Origin: Craspedostauros australis
Taxonomy: Eukaryota
Assembly (NCBI GenBank): GCA_030167865.1
Contig: JALAGF010003024.1
Location: 1 to 47,145, forward strand
Length of the DNA stretch: 47,145 nucleotides
Reading direction: 5' to 3'
Both the position numbers and the translations under genes were made by a program. This document shows positions 1 to 10,718 of this stretch, one piece after another. The first letter of the stretch is position 1, and every line of letters starts with the position of its first letter. The notes under the pieces are model-generated. The model was not told the DNA's origin. It was given only the letters and a program-made list of their open reading frames with translations, and ran no database searches.

Positions 1-329
1 AAATTGTGAGGAGGGGAAGCGAAGATGATGTGTGTGACGATTCCAAACGTGCCTGTGGTGCCCAAACACGTCTCGAATACCCAAATGCATTCGTGAATGA
101 TGGGGGTGCTTGACGTATCGTGTCATTGCTCGCCGAGCAAGAGAGCGACAGACACCAAACTTTAGGATTGTATATATAAACTATATAATATGCTACAATA
201 TAATTACGAGTACAGGATGGCCCATACGAGCTAAGTCCGGAGAGTTTAACTTTGGTTGATGCTGTTTTTGGCCTTTTTTTGTTCGGGACTTAAGTAGAAC
301 GTGTACCACGATCTACACGACATTTTTCT

Positions 330-373
330 TGTAACCAACTGTAACCAACTGTAACCAAAAAAATTGGTTACAG
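330..373. repeat. Three tandem ~10-bp TGTAACCAA(C) units followed by an inverted copy (CTGTAACCAA-AAAAA-TTGGTTACAG)
   Basis: Read directly: gtaaccaact x2, then gtaaccaa at 331-358. Bases 349-358 pair perfectly with 364-373. Confidence 0.85.
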
Positions 374-917
374 CCGGCTCTTTGAGGCACTAGTATGGGA
401 TTCATCACATTGATTTGCGCGGACATCTCTATCTCTTTGGAGAGAGAAAGCACTTTTCATCTCTGTAGGGTAGAGAACAGAGCAGCGTGTCACTGCATGG
501 TGTGCATCGTGGATGTCTCGCGATAACGTAGGTTATAATAGGCATCACACTTCACACCTATTCTAACAGCCTCTCCAGCGAGTATGAGCCCACTTCGATC
601 TCCTTGGCATGTGATCGATCATGTGGCGGTGTTCGAAAATTGCGCCAACAAGAGTTCGCTCACTCTGTTTTGTTCCTCGTGTTTGTCGCCCTTGTCGGCA
701 AAAACCCCACAAGAAGAGTCGACCATGGCGCGCAGAACATTGCATTCTTCTTGCCGCCAGCAAGACAACAACTCCTCGTATAGTGGTAGTAGTGCCACAC
801 ACAGAACCAAACGCGCCAAATCATTCCTCGGTTTCCTTGGTTTGGGTTGAGCTGGACATCATTGCCGCAAAGGGAGACAGGCACCGTGAGAAGAAGGCCT
901 GAAGAAGAGCCGAAAAG

Positions 918-3900
918 ATGAAGACTCCTTTCGTGGTGACCTCACCATCAGACGAAGCTGCCACACAGTCCAGAGGATCGTCATCGCCATTGCCATCACC
1001 GCTATCATCGCCATTGCCATCACCGCTGTCTACATCACCAACGACACCACCAACGACAACACCAACGGGCAGCACAGGAAAGGCAAGGAAACAACGCAAG
1101 AACAGCCGCGACTTTCGTTCTCGATGCGGCAAGTGCAACGGGTGCAACAAGCCCGATTGCGGACAATGTGTGGAGTGCAAGCGCAAGAAGAAGTACGGTG
1201 GTGACGGTTCATCGAAGCAGGCATGCATCAAGAGGGTGTGCAGGAATCCCCAGCCAACTGGCAGCGGTCGTCTCAGGTCAGCAAAGCGCAAGTCTGCGGA
1301 GGGTGGTGCAACGACATCCGCAATAGCAACGACAACGACAGCTGGCACAAAGCCAACGCAGAAGCCAACGCAGAAGGCAGGCAACGGAAATTCAAAACTA
1401 AGCGAAGTTCGCACAACAGGAAAAGTGGCAAACAAGGTGACAAACAAGGCGCCAAGCAAGGCAGCAACACCGTCATCACCATCCTCGCCAACATCAACTT
1501 CACAAATGTCAGAAAAGGCAGCAGCCATAACATCGCCAAGCCCAAAAATGGTGACATCCAAACAAACTGCGAACGCAAGCGCAAACGCAACAGCAAAGAG
1601 CAAACCAAAGGCTCCTGCCAGAGCAGCCACCACTCCCAAGACCAAGACCAACGCAAACAAGCAGAACAAACAACCCAACAAGAAGATGCCGGTTGCCAAA
1701 ACCAACGAGAACCCACCTCGCAAACAGCAAAGCGCGGCTGCGAGGCCGTACGTGCACACCACGGTCACTCGCACAGAGATCACAGCGCCCAACATGGCAC
1801 GAGACGACCGGCCGCAGCACTCATGCACTCCCAGGATGTCGCGCAGCAACAGCATGGCGCATGACTGCAACGGCGATGGGATGGACGATGCTCACAACGG
1901 GGCTATTAATGGCGTTGCGAATGCTGTGAACGGATCCAACCAACACACGATCCAGGCCTCCAGGTTCCGGCCATCGTCGCTGTTGGACTGCCACCCACCC
2001 TTGCCGTACACCAAGGCGTGGGGTCCGTACTTTCAGCGTCTGCATAGGCGCCAACGTATCCAAACGCAACAAGCCGAGCCTAGCGCAGTAACGACGAACG
2101 AAAATAACAGCAACAATAGTCACAATGGCACCGCAACGACAACCAACCACGTTGCAAGTGCCAGCAACAATAACGTCAGCAACAATAACGGCAACACCAA
2201 GCAGGAATCCACGACAAGTCCCACGTACATGTACGGCATCCAGGTTCCCAAGACCATGCCCATCGGAATCTGCGCCGGCTGTTTGAAGGGAGATGTGCCG
2301 ATGCCCTTGGCAATCCCTCTGCCAGATCTCGAACCCAGCAATGTAGCCAGCACGTCAACGCCAGCGAGCGAACCATCCACACCGATACAGCAAGTTCCCA
2401 AGGCGCGAGGCGACACAGTGATCCTCTGCGACGGCTGTCCCCGCGAATACCACCTCAAGTGCTGCATCCCACCATTGGAGTGCGTCCCAGAAGGCACCTT
2501 CCTTTGCTTCGACTGTTGTCCCAAGGGCACGGCCAAATTCCTCGAGGATTACTTCGTCAAGCACGAGGCAGCCCGCGACAAAATGGACGACGGCAACAAC
2601 TTCGCTCGCGCTCTCATCCAGGAAGATCTCGATCTCACATTGCAAGACCGCACGGCCGCCACCAACCTCGTAAGGGAACGCATACGATACCCGGTATCCG
2701 AGATTGCCCACATGCATGGCAAGGACCCCGATGCCTTCATCGGGCGGTTGGTGCGCATGCACAGTCCGTTCGGAAACATGTATCATGACGGCAGGATCGT
2801 GTGCGCCGAGATCACAGACGATGGAGACGATACGGCCTGTCTCGTCACGTTTCCGGCTGGACAAAATGGACGCAAGACCACCGTGACCAAATGGATGCGA
2901 CTGGAGGAGCATTCGTTGGCTGTCTCGGAACGTGTCATTTGGGGCAAGTTCCTGTCGCACAAGAAGAAGCATGCTCGCCACGCGTCATCGTCGCACGCCA
3001 AAGTCACTGCGCCTCCGTCACCACCGTTATCATCGCAAGTACCGCCGCCATCATCACCTCCGGACACGCCGCAGTCGTCCTCTTCCACCATTACGGCAGA
3101 ATCCATAGGTGCCATAGCACCAAAGTCGAAGGCAGCGATAGCGGCCACGCCTCATGCAGCATTTGCCACGCAAGGCGATGATAGTGTTGCGAACGACCAT
3201 AGCGAGTCCAACGCATCCATAGCGCAACGCAAACGAAAGCGAGGCTCTGCCACGAAGCAAACGCTGGCGCACGCGGCAGGACGCCAGGAGGAGGACATCG
3301 CCTACCGCGCTGCCGAACTCATGTGCTGGAAGCCTGCTGTGACATGGAACAGGAATGCGCGTGAATTGGTCCCCGTCATGGAGCTGTGCACGCCCGATTC
3401 GGGGATTATTCGTTATGTCGATGAAGGGTACGAGGTTGATGACCCTTCCGGCAGCAAGTCACAGTCCTCCACGCAAGCCCAAGACCGCAAGATGCGCAGC
3501 GCGCGGCGCGGCCGAACGGTGGCGCCGCCGCCGCCAGCGTCAAGGAAGGCAAGCAAAGCATCAACGCCAACGACTTCCAACAGCGGCAGCAGGAACGGCA
3601 AGAATGAGAAGACCGCAGGCGACGCTACAGCGATGACCAAACGCACCAGGCTTCAGCACAGACCCATGACGTTGATTTTGGGCCAGATTTTGGCAAGCAC
3701 CGAATTCAAATACTTGAGGATCAAGACGGAAGTGATGGATCGACCGTCGCCAGATTTCTTTGATCCCGATGTGCGGGAGCACTTGAGAAATGATCCCAAC
3801 TTTGCCATGCTGCAGTATCAGTGGCAACTGTTCCAAGTGGAGTTGAGCGAGGTGGATCGCGTGCGGTACTATTCTCGGCAGCTCCCGTTGCACGAACCAT

Positions 3901-4307
3901 TCCATCCGCGCGCATTGTCGCTGTGCCGTAATGAGGCCAGTTTGGGAGCCTTGGAATTTCAACGTCTTGCCGCGGATGACGAAGACGACGAGGTGGCTGA
4001 CGACGACGACAACAACAACAGCAGCAATAACAAACGGTCCAAGCTGAATGCAGCACCACATCAAGAACCCCAGCAGATTGCAAACATCGAACCGATCCCC
4101 AACATCCTCCAGGGGCTCGATCGTTTGTACATGATGCAGCTGATGTGCGGCGCCGTGTCGCACACCAGGAATCACAGCGGAATCGAACCAAGCCGTGACA
4201 TGGCCATGTCGTTGCAGTGCGAGTTGATGCCGGAAATCAACCGCGTTGATGGCAGCATGGACCTGGAGTACAAGTCCTGCATACAATCGCTGCTGGCATC
4301 ATCCTAA
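918..4307 (+). CDS. Chromatin-reader protein with zf-CXXC, PHD finger and a probable Tudor-like domain (1129 aa)
   Basis: RCGKCNGCNKPDCGQCVECKRKKKYGG..KQACIKRVC fits the zf-CXXC pattern (~1122-1241). CAGC...ILCDGCPREYHLKCCIPPLECVPEGTFLCFDC fits PHD C4HC3 (~2270-2520). FIGRLVRMHSPFGNMYHDGRIV...CLVTF resembles Tudor (weaker). In-frame stop at 900-902 precedes the ATG. Basic NLS-like stretches are present. Confidence 0.85.
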   Translation: MKTPFVVTSPSDEAATQSRGSSSPLPSPLSSPLPSPLSTSPTTPPTTTPTGSTGKARKQRKNSRDFRSRCGKCNGCNKPDCGQCVECKRKKKYGGDGSSKQACIKRVCRNPQPTGSGRLRSAKRKSAEGGATTSAIATTTTAGTKPTQKPTQKAGNGNSKLSEVRTTGKVANKVTNKAPSKAATPSSPSSPTSTSQMSEKAAAITSPSPKMVTSKQTANASANATAKSKPKAPARAATTPKTKTNANKQNKQPNKKMPVAKTNENPPRKQQSAAARPYVHTTVTRTEITAPNMARDDRPQHSCTPRMSRSNSMAHDCNGDGMDDAHNGAINGVANAVNGSNQHTIQASRFRPSSLLDCHPPLPYTKAWGPYFQRLHRRQRIQTQQAEPSAVTTNENNSNNSHNGTATTTNHVASASNNNVSNNNGNTKQESTTSPTYMYGIQVPKTMPIGICAGCLKGDVPMPLAIPLPDLEPSNVASTSTPASEPSTPIQQVPKARGDTVILCDGCPREYHLKCCIPPLECVPEGTFLCFDCCPKGTAKFLEDYFVKHEAARDKMDDGNNFARALIQEDLDLTLQDRTAATNLVRERIRYPVSEIAHMHGKDPDAFIGRLVRMHSPFGNMYHDGRIVCAEITDDGDDTACLVTFPAGQNGRKTTVTKWMRLEEHSLAVSERVIWGKFLSHKKKHARHASSSHAKVTAPPSPPLSSQVPPPSSPPDTPQSSSSTITAESIGAIAPKSKAAIAATPHAAFATQGDDSVANDHSESNASIAQRKRKRGSATKQTLAHAAGRQEEDIAYRAAELMCWKPAVTWNRNARELVPVMELCTPDSGIIRYVDEGYEVDDPSGSKSQSSTQAQDRKMRSARRGRTVAPPPPASRKASKASTPTTSNSGSRNGKNEKTAGDATAMTKRTRLQHRPMTLILGQILASTEFKYLRIKTEVMDRPSPDFFDPDVREHLRNDPNFAMLQYQWQLFQVELSEVDRVRYYSRQLPLHEPFHPRALSLCRNEASLGALEFQRLAADDEDDEVADDDDNNNSSNNKRSKLNAAPHQEPQQIANIEPIPNILQGLDRLYMMQLMCGAVSHTRNHSGIEPSRDMAMSLQCELMPEINRVDGSMDLEYKSCIQSLLASS

Positions 4308-6578
4308 TCGGGGAGCAAGCTGCCATGTCATACAGAAGGAGGAGCGTTTCATCATGTAATACTCAGCAGTGGCCTGGCGTATGTATCGTGCGCTGCTGGG
4401 GATCGAACATTGGGAGGCTTGACCTTCAGGCTGTTTCGTGGTTGATGGATGATGAGCCTTTGGCCGATGACAGGAACACCATCCTCGTACGAGCAACGTC
4501 AAGGCCATCAACAAGAAGGGTGGACGGCCTGTCACGATGCGCGATCTTCCCATGCATCAACATACCGCAACCGCACAGCATCCGTAGCTCGTATCATGGC
4601 GATCCAGAAGCACGAGTAACCACTAGAATAGAGAGTTGAGTAGGGGGTGCCGTAGATCTGCCGACTCCAGTACCACCATGTCGTACTCCCACCACCGAAG
4701 ATACTGGTGCCTGCCTCCATGAACCAGCACTCGATTCCGATCCGACACAAACGTCACACGCACATCAAACAAGATACCGCACAATGAGAGAGGATACCAA
4801 CCGATTCCTTGGCATCGGAATGTGGCAACGCTCATTGAGAGAGGTGTGATAGCATGCAATTGACAGTGTTGCGCACGCAGCTTGCACGCGTCAATTGTTG
4901 CGAGTTGTTGCACGAAACGTCGGGCACATTGGGATTTTGATGTGTGCAGAACATGCGCTTGGCGCGGGAAGGGATCGTGTTGGCTTAGCGTCTGTCCGAC
5001 CATCCGCATGATTGGAGCATGTGTGGCCAGCGAAGAACAAATTCCAAAAAGAAAAAACATCACCGATGTTTTCGTCACTATGACGCTTCCAGCACACGTG
5101 TGTGACACAACGCACCACCACGCGGAAGGTCACGGTTGTGTAGGGTACGTCACGGTACTCGTGCAAGTAGTATCTCTTCGTGAAGTGCATACGTGTACGT
5201 CCGCCCACACCATGATGCCGCAAAGATTTCCCACAAGGCCCTTTTTCTTGTCTGTTTGTCGCGGCGGCAGATACACGATCACCTGGCCGAAACACGCGCA
5301 CACGCGCGCTTGTGTGTGTGGTATCGAATCGATTGAAGTCCAAGCGCAGCGTTGCCCATCAACCACCAACGCTGCTTTCCATCGGCATTGCAGTCGTAGT
5401 TGAAGAAGTCCTCGCATCAGTTTCCCGCCACGCCATACTTCCATTGTTGCAGACGATCGTGCTCCCAATTGTAATATATTCCGTATCATCGTACAGCCTA
5501 TCCAACAACGCAACAACGCAACAACAACAACAGGATCAATCTCACGATCAGAGGCCATCATAATCAACCTCGTGCCACACAAACGACAACAACAAAGTGC
5601 TCGAAAGACAGCACCATCACACTCCTCTCATCCCATTCTACGACTGTTGCATCGATCCACCGCGTTCCTGTTTCGAATCATCGTTTCTATTGCGATCAGT
5701 GCTGTGCACAACAGATACTCGATATACATTACATACTCTACGTGCATCGTGGGCAGCAATAGCAGCAGCAACACAAAGGCCATTTCCCGCCATTGGCATT
5801 GAAATTGCAAGCAACGAAGCGATCAAACAAGCAAGAAAGCAAAAAGGAAGAAAACAACGACATTTTACATTGGTGGATTGGCATCTGTTGGTCTCTTCTG
5901 CCCAGTTTTCTTCGCGAAGAAAAAGAGAGACGAGGTGAAGCGAGGCCGACAAGTCAGAAACCAAGAGAGCGCCTCAGATTTTCGATTCGGTTCCGCCCAG
6001 CCACTTCGGTTTCTGGCACAACTTCGGCGAAGCTCGAACAGCACATCATAGTAACACAGCGCAAGCAGACAAGCCGACAGCACCGAAGGAACAACAGAGA
6101 AGCACAGGACAACAGCACCTGAAGACTCTTCTCCACACTCCTCTCTCTCTCTTCCTCTCTCTCATCATCATCCTCAACCCAGTTACGGAATTGTACGAAC
6201 ACGCTAGTCGTATAATACCATACACTCCCATCAAGTCAATCAATCGATCGACACAAGCAAGCAAGCAAGAGAGCAAACACCGTCTCGCGTTGCAATTTCA
6301 GTCATCGCATTTGCTTTGCGTTTGTTGGTTGCTTCTGATCGAACACAAACGAGCAAGGCATCCATCGAACGAACGAGCGGCCGAGGGAGCTACATCATCA
6401 GCTGCCTGCAACCGCAACAAAACGCAACGCAACGGCGACAAAATTCCAAGCACACCACCTTTCGAATCGATTCCACAACGCCGAACGCAACTTCTTTTCT
6501 CCAGAGACCCGAAAACCGCGAACACGCACAGCCAGGCAACACAGCAAAGCTAAGCAAAGCAACCAATAACCAGCCACA

Positions 6579-9013
6579 ATGGTGACCACAATCACATCGG
6601 CAACACGCCACGGCAACCAATTCCGCCGCATATCGTTGCTCGCGCTATCCTGCGTCAGCGTCTGCACATCCGAGGCGTTGATCCCGTACTCGTCATTTGC
6701 CAACACCTTCCGATCACGCGCATCGGGCCCTGCTCTGTTCGTGCAGCGCGTTCGCGGAGGCTCCACTTCGCCGGTCGACACATCGACGCAACGGAACGTG
6801 CTCAGCGAGGCCGCCGCCGATGATTTCGAACTCATCGACATGGCGACCGGCAATGGCGTCTCCAACGGCAAGACCAACGGCCATCATCTGCCAAAGAACG
6901 ATGCCATCATCATGCCGTCGCCCACCATCGACGCCGTCGTGCCGGCCAAGTACATTGCTGAAACTAAATTGCCAACGGACATTGGACAATTCCAGCTGCG
7001 TGCCTACCGCACGGAACGCGGTGCCAACGAATTCACGGGCACCGAACCATGCGTCATTTATTCGCCGCAGAAGAGCCCCTTTGGCACGGACGGCCAGTGG
7101 AGATCGTGCGTGCCGGTCCGCATCCATGATCAGTGTCTCACGTCCGAAGTCTTTCGGAGTCAGCGGTACGTGAATGCCATTGCTGCTATTGCACAAACTG
7201 CGTTACATCCAGTCACAATTTTCGATCTGCTTTTACGTGTGCACTCACATCTCATCCTTTTGCCCATCTCCTTATTCCATGTTCTTGCGCATCAATCACT
7301 GCATCATCGCCATTTCGTCACGTGCCGGAATTCAATTTCGTCCGCATCGTTGGATTGATCGTCAACTGAAATTGATCGCATGGCAATGACGTACTCTGAT
7401 CGCGGACACTGCATCACGATCTGGACACGCACGCACCATGTTTCGCAAACAAACCAATGAATGAATGGACGCCATGAAATATCACGCATGACGCGACTGA
7501 AAATTCGCATGATGCTACAAAATGCGACGCCACAATATCCCACAATGCCCCATAATACACTCACTCATGTACGAACGCAGATGCGACTGCAAGGAACAGC
7601 TCAAGATGTCGCTCGAGTACATCCAGGAGAACGGCGGCGCCATCATCTATCTGCAACAGGAGGGACGCGGCATCGGTTTGGCCAACAAGATCGCCGCGTA
7701 CGCCATGCAGGACGTCGGTTTCGACACTGTCGATGCCAACCTCCACCTCGGTTTCCCCGATGACGCCCGCGAATACGGCGTCGTACCATCCATCCTCGAC
7801 GACATGAAGATCAACAGCATCCAGCTCATGACCAACAACCCGCGCAAGGTCATGCGTCTGCGCGACATAGGCGTCCACGTCACCAACGCCCTCCCAGTCG
7901 TCGTGCCATCCACAAATCCTTACAACCACCGCTACCTCGCCACGAAGCAGGATCGCATGGATCATCGCAACCTCAAAAGCGTCCTGTCCAACGGTGCCAT
8001 GGCACCACGACGCGTTCTCGCGGAATCCTACATCAACGAAGGTGAAGAAATGTGCGCCAACGCCGTCACGGTCTCATTGATGGAGGCCAACGCGAATGGC
8101 AGCAGCAGCAGCAGCGACACAACCAGCGATGATGAACTCGGTGTCACCGCCCATGACGATGGATACTGTTTCGGCAAGCAGTCCGTCATCGATGCCATCC
8201 AAGCCGTCAAGGAAGGCAAGATGGTGTGCGTCGTGGATGACATGAACCGCGAAAATGAAGGTGATCTCATCATGGCTGCCGATGCCTGCTCGCCGTCCGA
8301 CATGGCATTCATCGTCAAGTACTCCAGCGGCGTCGTCTGCATCGCCATGGAAGGACACCGCATGGATGAGCTGCAGCTTCCCGCCATGGTGCACAACAAC
8401 GAAGATCCAAAGGGAACCGCCTTCAGCGTCACCGTCGATGCCACCAAGGAACATGGTACGTCATGATTATGAACGAATGATTGTTGTGAATGGAATGGAA
8501 TATTAATGTGGGTGGATTATGTGTTGGTCATCAAAGGATTGCTGCTCACACATTCAACGCGAAACCCGCCGAACTCTTGTCGATCGTCACTGCGAACGCA
8601 ACTTGCAAATTGTGACTACAACATGACGAATTCTCAACCAATGCATCCATACGTCTTCTTGCACAGGCATCACAACCGGAATCAGCGCCACCGACCGCGC
8701 CAAGACCGTCCGCCTCCTGGCCGATGCCGACTGCAAACCTTCCGATTTTGCCAGACCCGGCCACATCTTCCCGCTGCGAGCCCAAGAGGGCGGTGTCCTG
8801 ACACGTGACGGACACACGGAGGCTGCCATCGACCTCTCCGTATTGGCCGGGCGATCGCCTTCCGGAATCCTGTGCGAAATCGTCTCGGAGGAGAATCCCA
8901 TCGAGATGATGAGGTTACCAGAGATGAAGCGATTTTGCAAAAAGTACGGCTTCGTCCTCACCAGCATCGTCGACTTGCAGCAGTACCGTCGGGAAACAGA
9001 AGGAAAGCAGTAG
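6579..9013 (+). CDS. ribAB: Bifunctional GTP cyclohydrolase II / 3,4-dihydroxy-2-butanone-4-phosphate synthase, probably plastid-targeted; exons 6579-7165, 7581-8455, 8667-9013 (~602 aa)
   Basis: Splicing GT-AG introns 7166-7580 and 8456-8666 restores VRIHDQCLTSEVFRSQR|CDCKEQL, QEGRGIGLANK and LMTNNPRK (GCH II), and VVDDMNRENEGDL, TAFSVTVDA..HG|ITTGISATDRA, RPGHIFPL and RDGHTEA (DHBPS). Stop TAG at 9011-9013 is in frame. N-terminus has a hydrophobic signal ending SEA-LIP, then a Ser/Arg-rich transit-like stretch. Confidence 0.93.
7166..7580 (+). other. Intron 1 of ribAB (GTACGT...GCAG)
   Basis: Removal joins SQR to CDCKEQL and completes the Zn-binding Cys motif of GCH II. Confidence 0.9.
8456..8666 (+). 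other. Intron 2 of ribAB (GTACGT...ACAG)
   Basis: Removal gives the conserved DHBPS motif HGITTGISA. Confidence 0.9.
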
Positions 9014-9502
9014 AATTACATCGCGTAGCACAGCGCAGCGCAGCAGGACGAGCACAATTAAAGCAAGAAACAAAATGAAATAAAAAATAAAAGAAGACCC
9101 TAATCCTAACAGCAACGGTGTAGCGTGGTACGACTATGAGTCTCTCTAGAATGAAATGGGAAGTCTACGTATTGAGGCAGACGAACGGAACAGATGGATT
9201 GCTTGTCTGTTCGGATTTCTGGATGACGACCATGTTTCACGTTATCATCGCGACCGATGACGTCGCCAATTCAGACTTCGTGGACTGTCCGTGTTTTTGG
9301 CGATTTCGTCAATTTTGTCGGTTGTTTGTTGTTGTGGTTCTGTTGATCTTTGGTGCAGTGGGGCAGTGTGGAGCTTGCGCGCAGCAGACCATTGGGGACG
9401 GAAACGGAACAATTGTGTCAGTGTTCCACCAATGCTCTCCCGATGCTCCAAACTCGCACCATTTCATTTGACAACAAACAAGCAAGCAAACAAGCAACGA
9501 TC

Positions 9503-9808
9503 ATGGCGCTCTTTCGATCCTGCCGGACCTTCTGCGATCCTCGTCACGACGAGCAAGGCGACGAGCACGGTGACGACGATGATGATGCACCCGCGCTGTG
9601 CGACAAGCGTTCGGTGACGTCGGCTGCATCCGATCTCACGTTGGACGACAATCTCATCCTCGAAGACCTGCCGTCTCCCGACGACCTGCCGCCTCCCGAC
9701 GAAACGACTGCCATTGTCCCGCGCAACAGCAGTGCCAGCGATGTGTTTCGGTTCGTATCCGCCGTGATTGCATTGGTGATTCTGCAGGGGATGAAGCTGT
9801 TCAGTTAG
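9503..9808 (+). CDS. Small acidic protein with a C-terminal hydrophobic helix (possible tail-anchored protein, ~101 aa)
   Basis: ATG follows a CAAA/CAAG-rich leader like other genes in the window. Coding-like composition. Ends VFRFVSAVIALVILQGMKLFS. No family recognised. Confidence 0.5.
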   Translation: MALFRSCRTFCDPRHDEQGDEHGDDDDDAPALCDKRSVTSAASDLTLDDNLILEDLPSPDDLPPPDETTAIVPRNSSASDVFRFVSAVIALVILQGMKLFS

Positions 9809-10718
9809 GGTGTCTACGATTCCATGCGATATCGGAAGTATTATACGCTATTTTACGCTATTATTATACTTTCGTTGAGAGAGACTGTCTTTCGTCAGGG
9901 GAGAAGAAGACAAAGGAGAGGGGGGAACGCCATGCGATGGAGGAACAAAAGAATCGTTGGGTCATGCGCAGACTGCGCAACAGGGTGCACAAGGGGAGAG
10001 AGCTGCAGCAATGGTACGTATGTTGGGCAGTACTGCGAATGAAATGGATCATCGTGCACGGACTGATGAGAATTGTTCCGCCAAACAGACATGGCGCATC
10101 AATTGGGGATCGCACCTACATATAATATCTTACTTACCGGCACACATTGCACTGCCGACCGCACTACCCGTCCGCGTATGGCACAGTGCTTCGAACTGGG
10201 CAATGTCGTCAGAGTGGACGACATTCATTCAAAACGGCGTTGAGATCGGCTGTGGAGACAGTTGACTTCGATGATGATGATGATGATGACGAATCAGGAC
10301 ACATCTGATTGGGATTGCATGGTAGCTCGATACAACTCAAGTCGAAGCAACGCGATAGGCACGCATCGATAGATGCACGACACTGCCGCAGCTGCAGGGA
10401 TTCTGCGGACGGCTGAAGAGAGGATGATCAAAAGGGAGTTGATGACTGGTCGGCGACAGAGATACCTAACAGCGCCTCCGTTGCGCGCGGTCCATTCAGA
10501 AATAGAATGACATCTCACATCATACTTGCACTACCATTAGAGACTCATTGTGAATGCATTTGACATGCTCTATCCGTACGAGTAGATAACTTCACTCTGT
10601 ATGACATGTTCGTGAAATACCCTTCTGCATCATTTGTAACAAGCGCCTCAAGCGGCGTGAACTGCAGTATGGGTCATGCCGTCTCCCCTTCTCGTCATGC
10701 CACACCATTCTTGAGGCT

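Noticed and set aside
821-1870. 349-aa hydrophobic minus-strand ORF resembling a membrane protein
   Set aside because: Antisense shadow of the Lys/Thr/Ala-rich region of the CXXC-PHD gene; the hydrophobicity comes from reverse-complemented AAR/ACN codons.
4400-6500. Several 70-170 aa ORFs in the 2-kb gap before ribAB
   Set aside because: No recognisable motifs, overlapping on both strands, with microsatellite-like and CAA-rich leader composition; treated as intergenic or UTR, though a non-coding transcript cannot be excluded.
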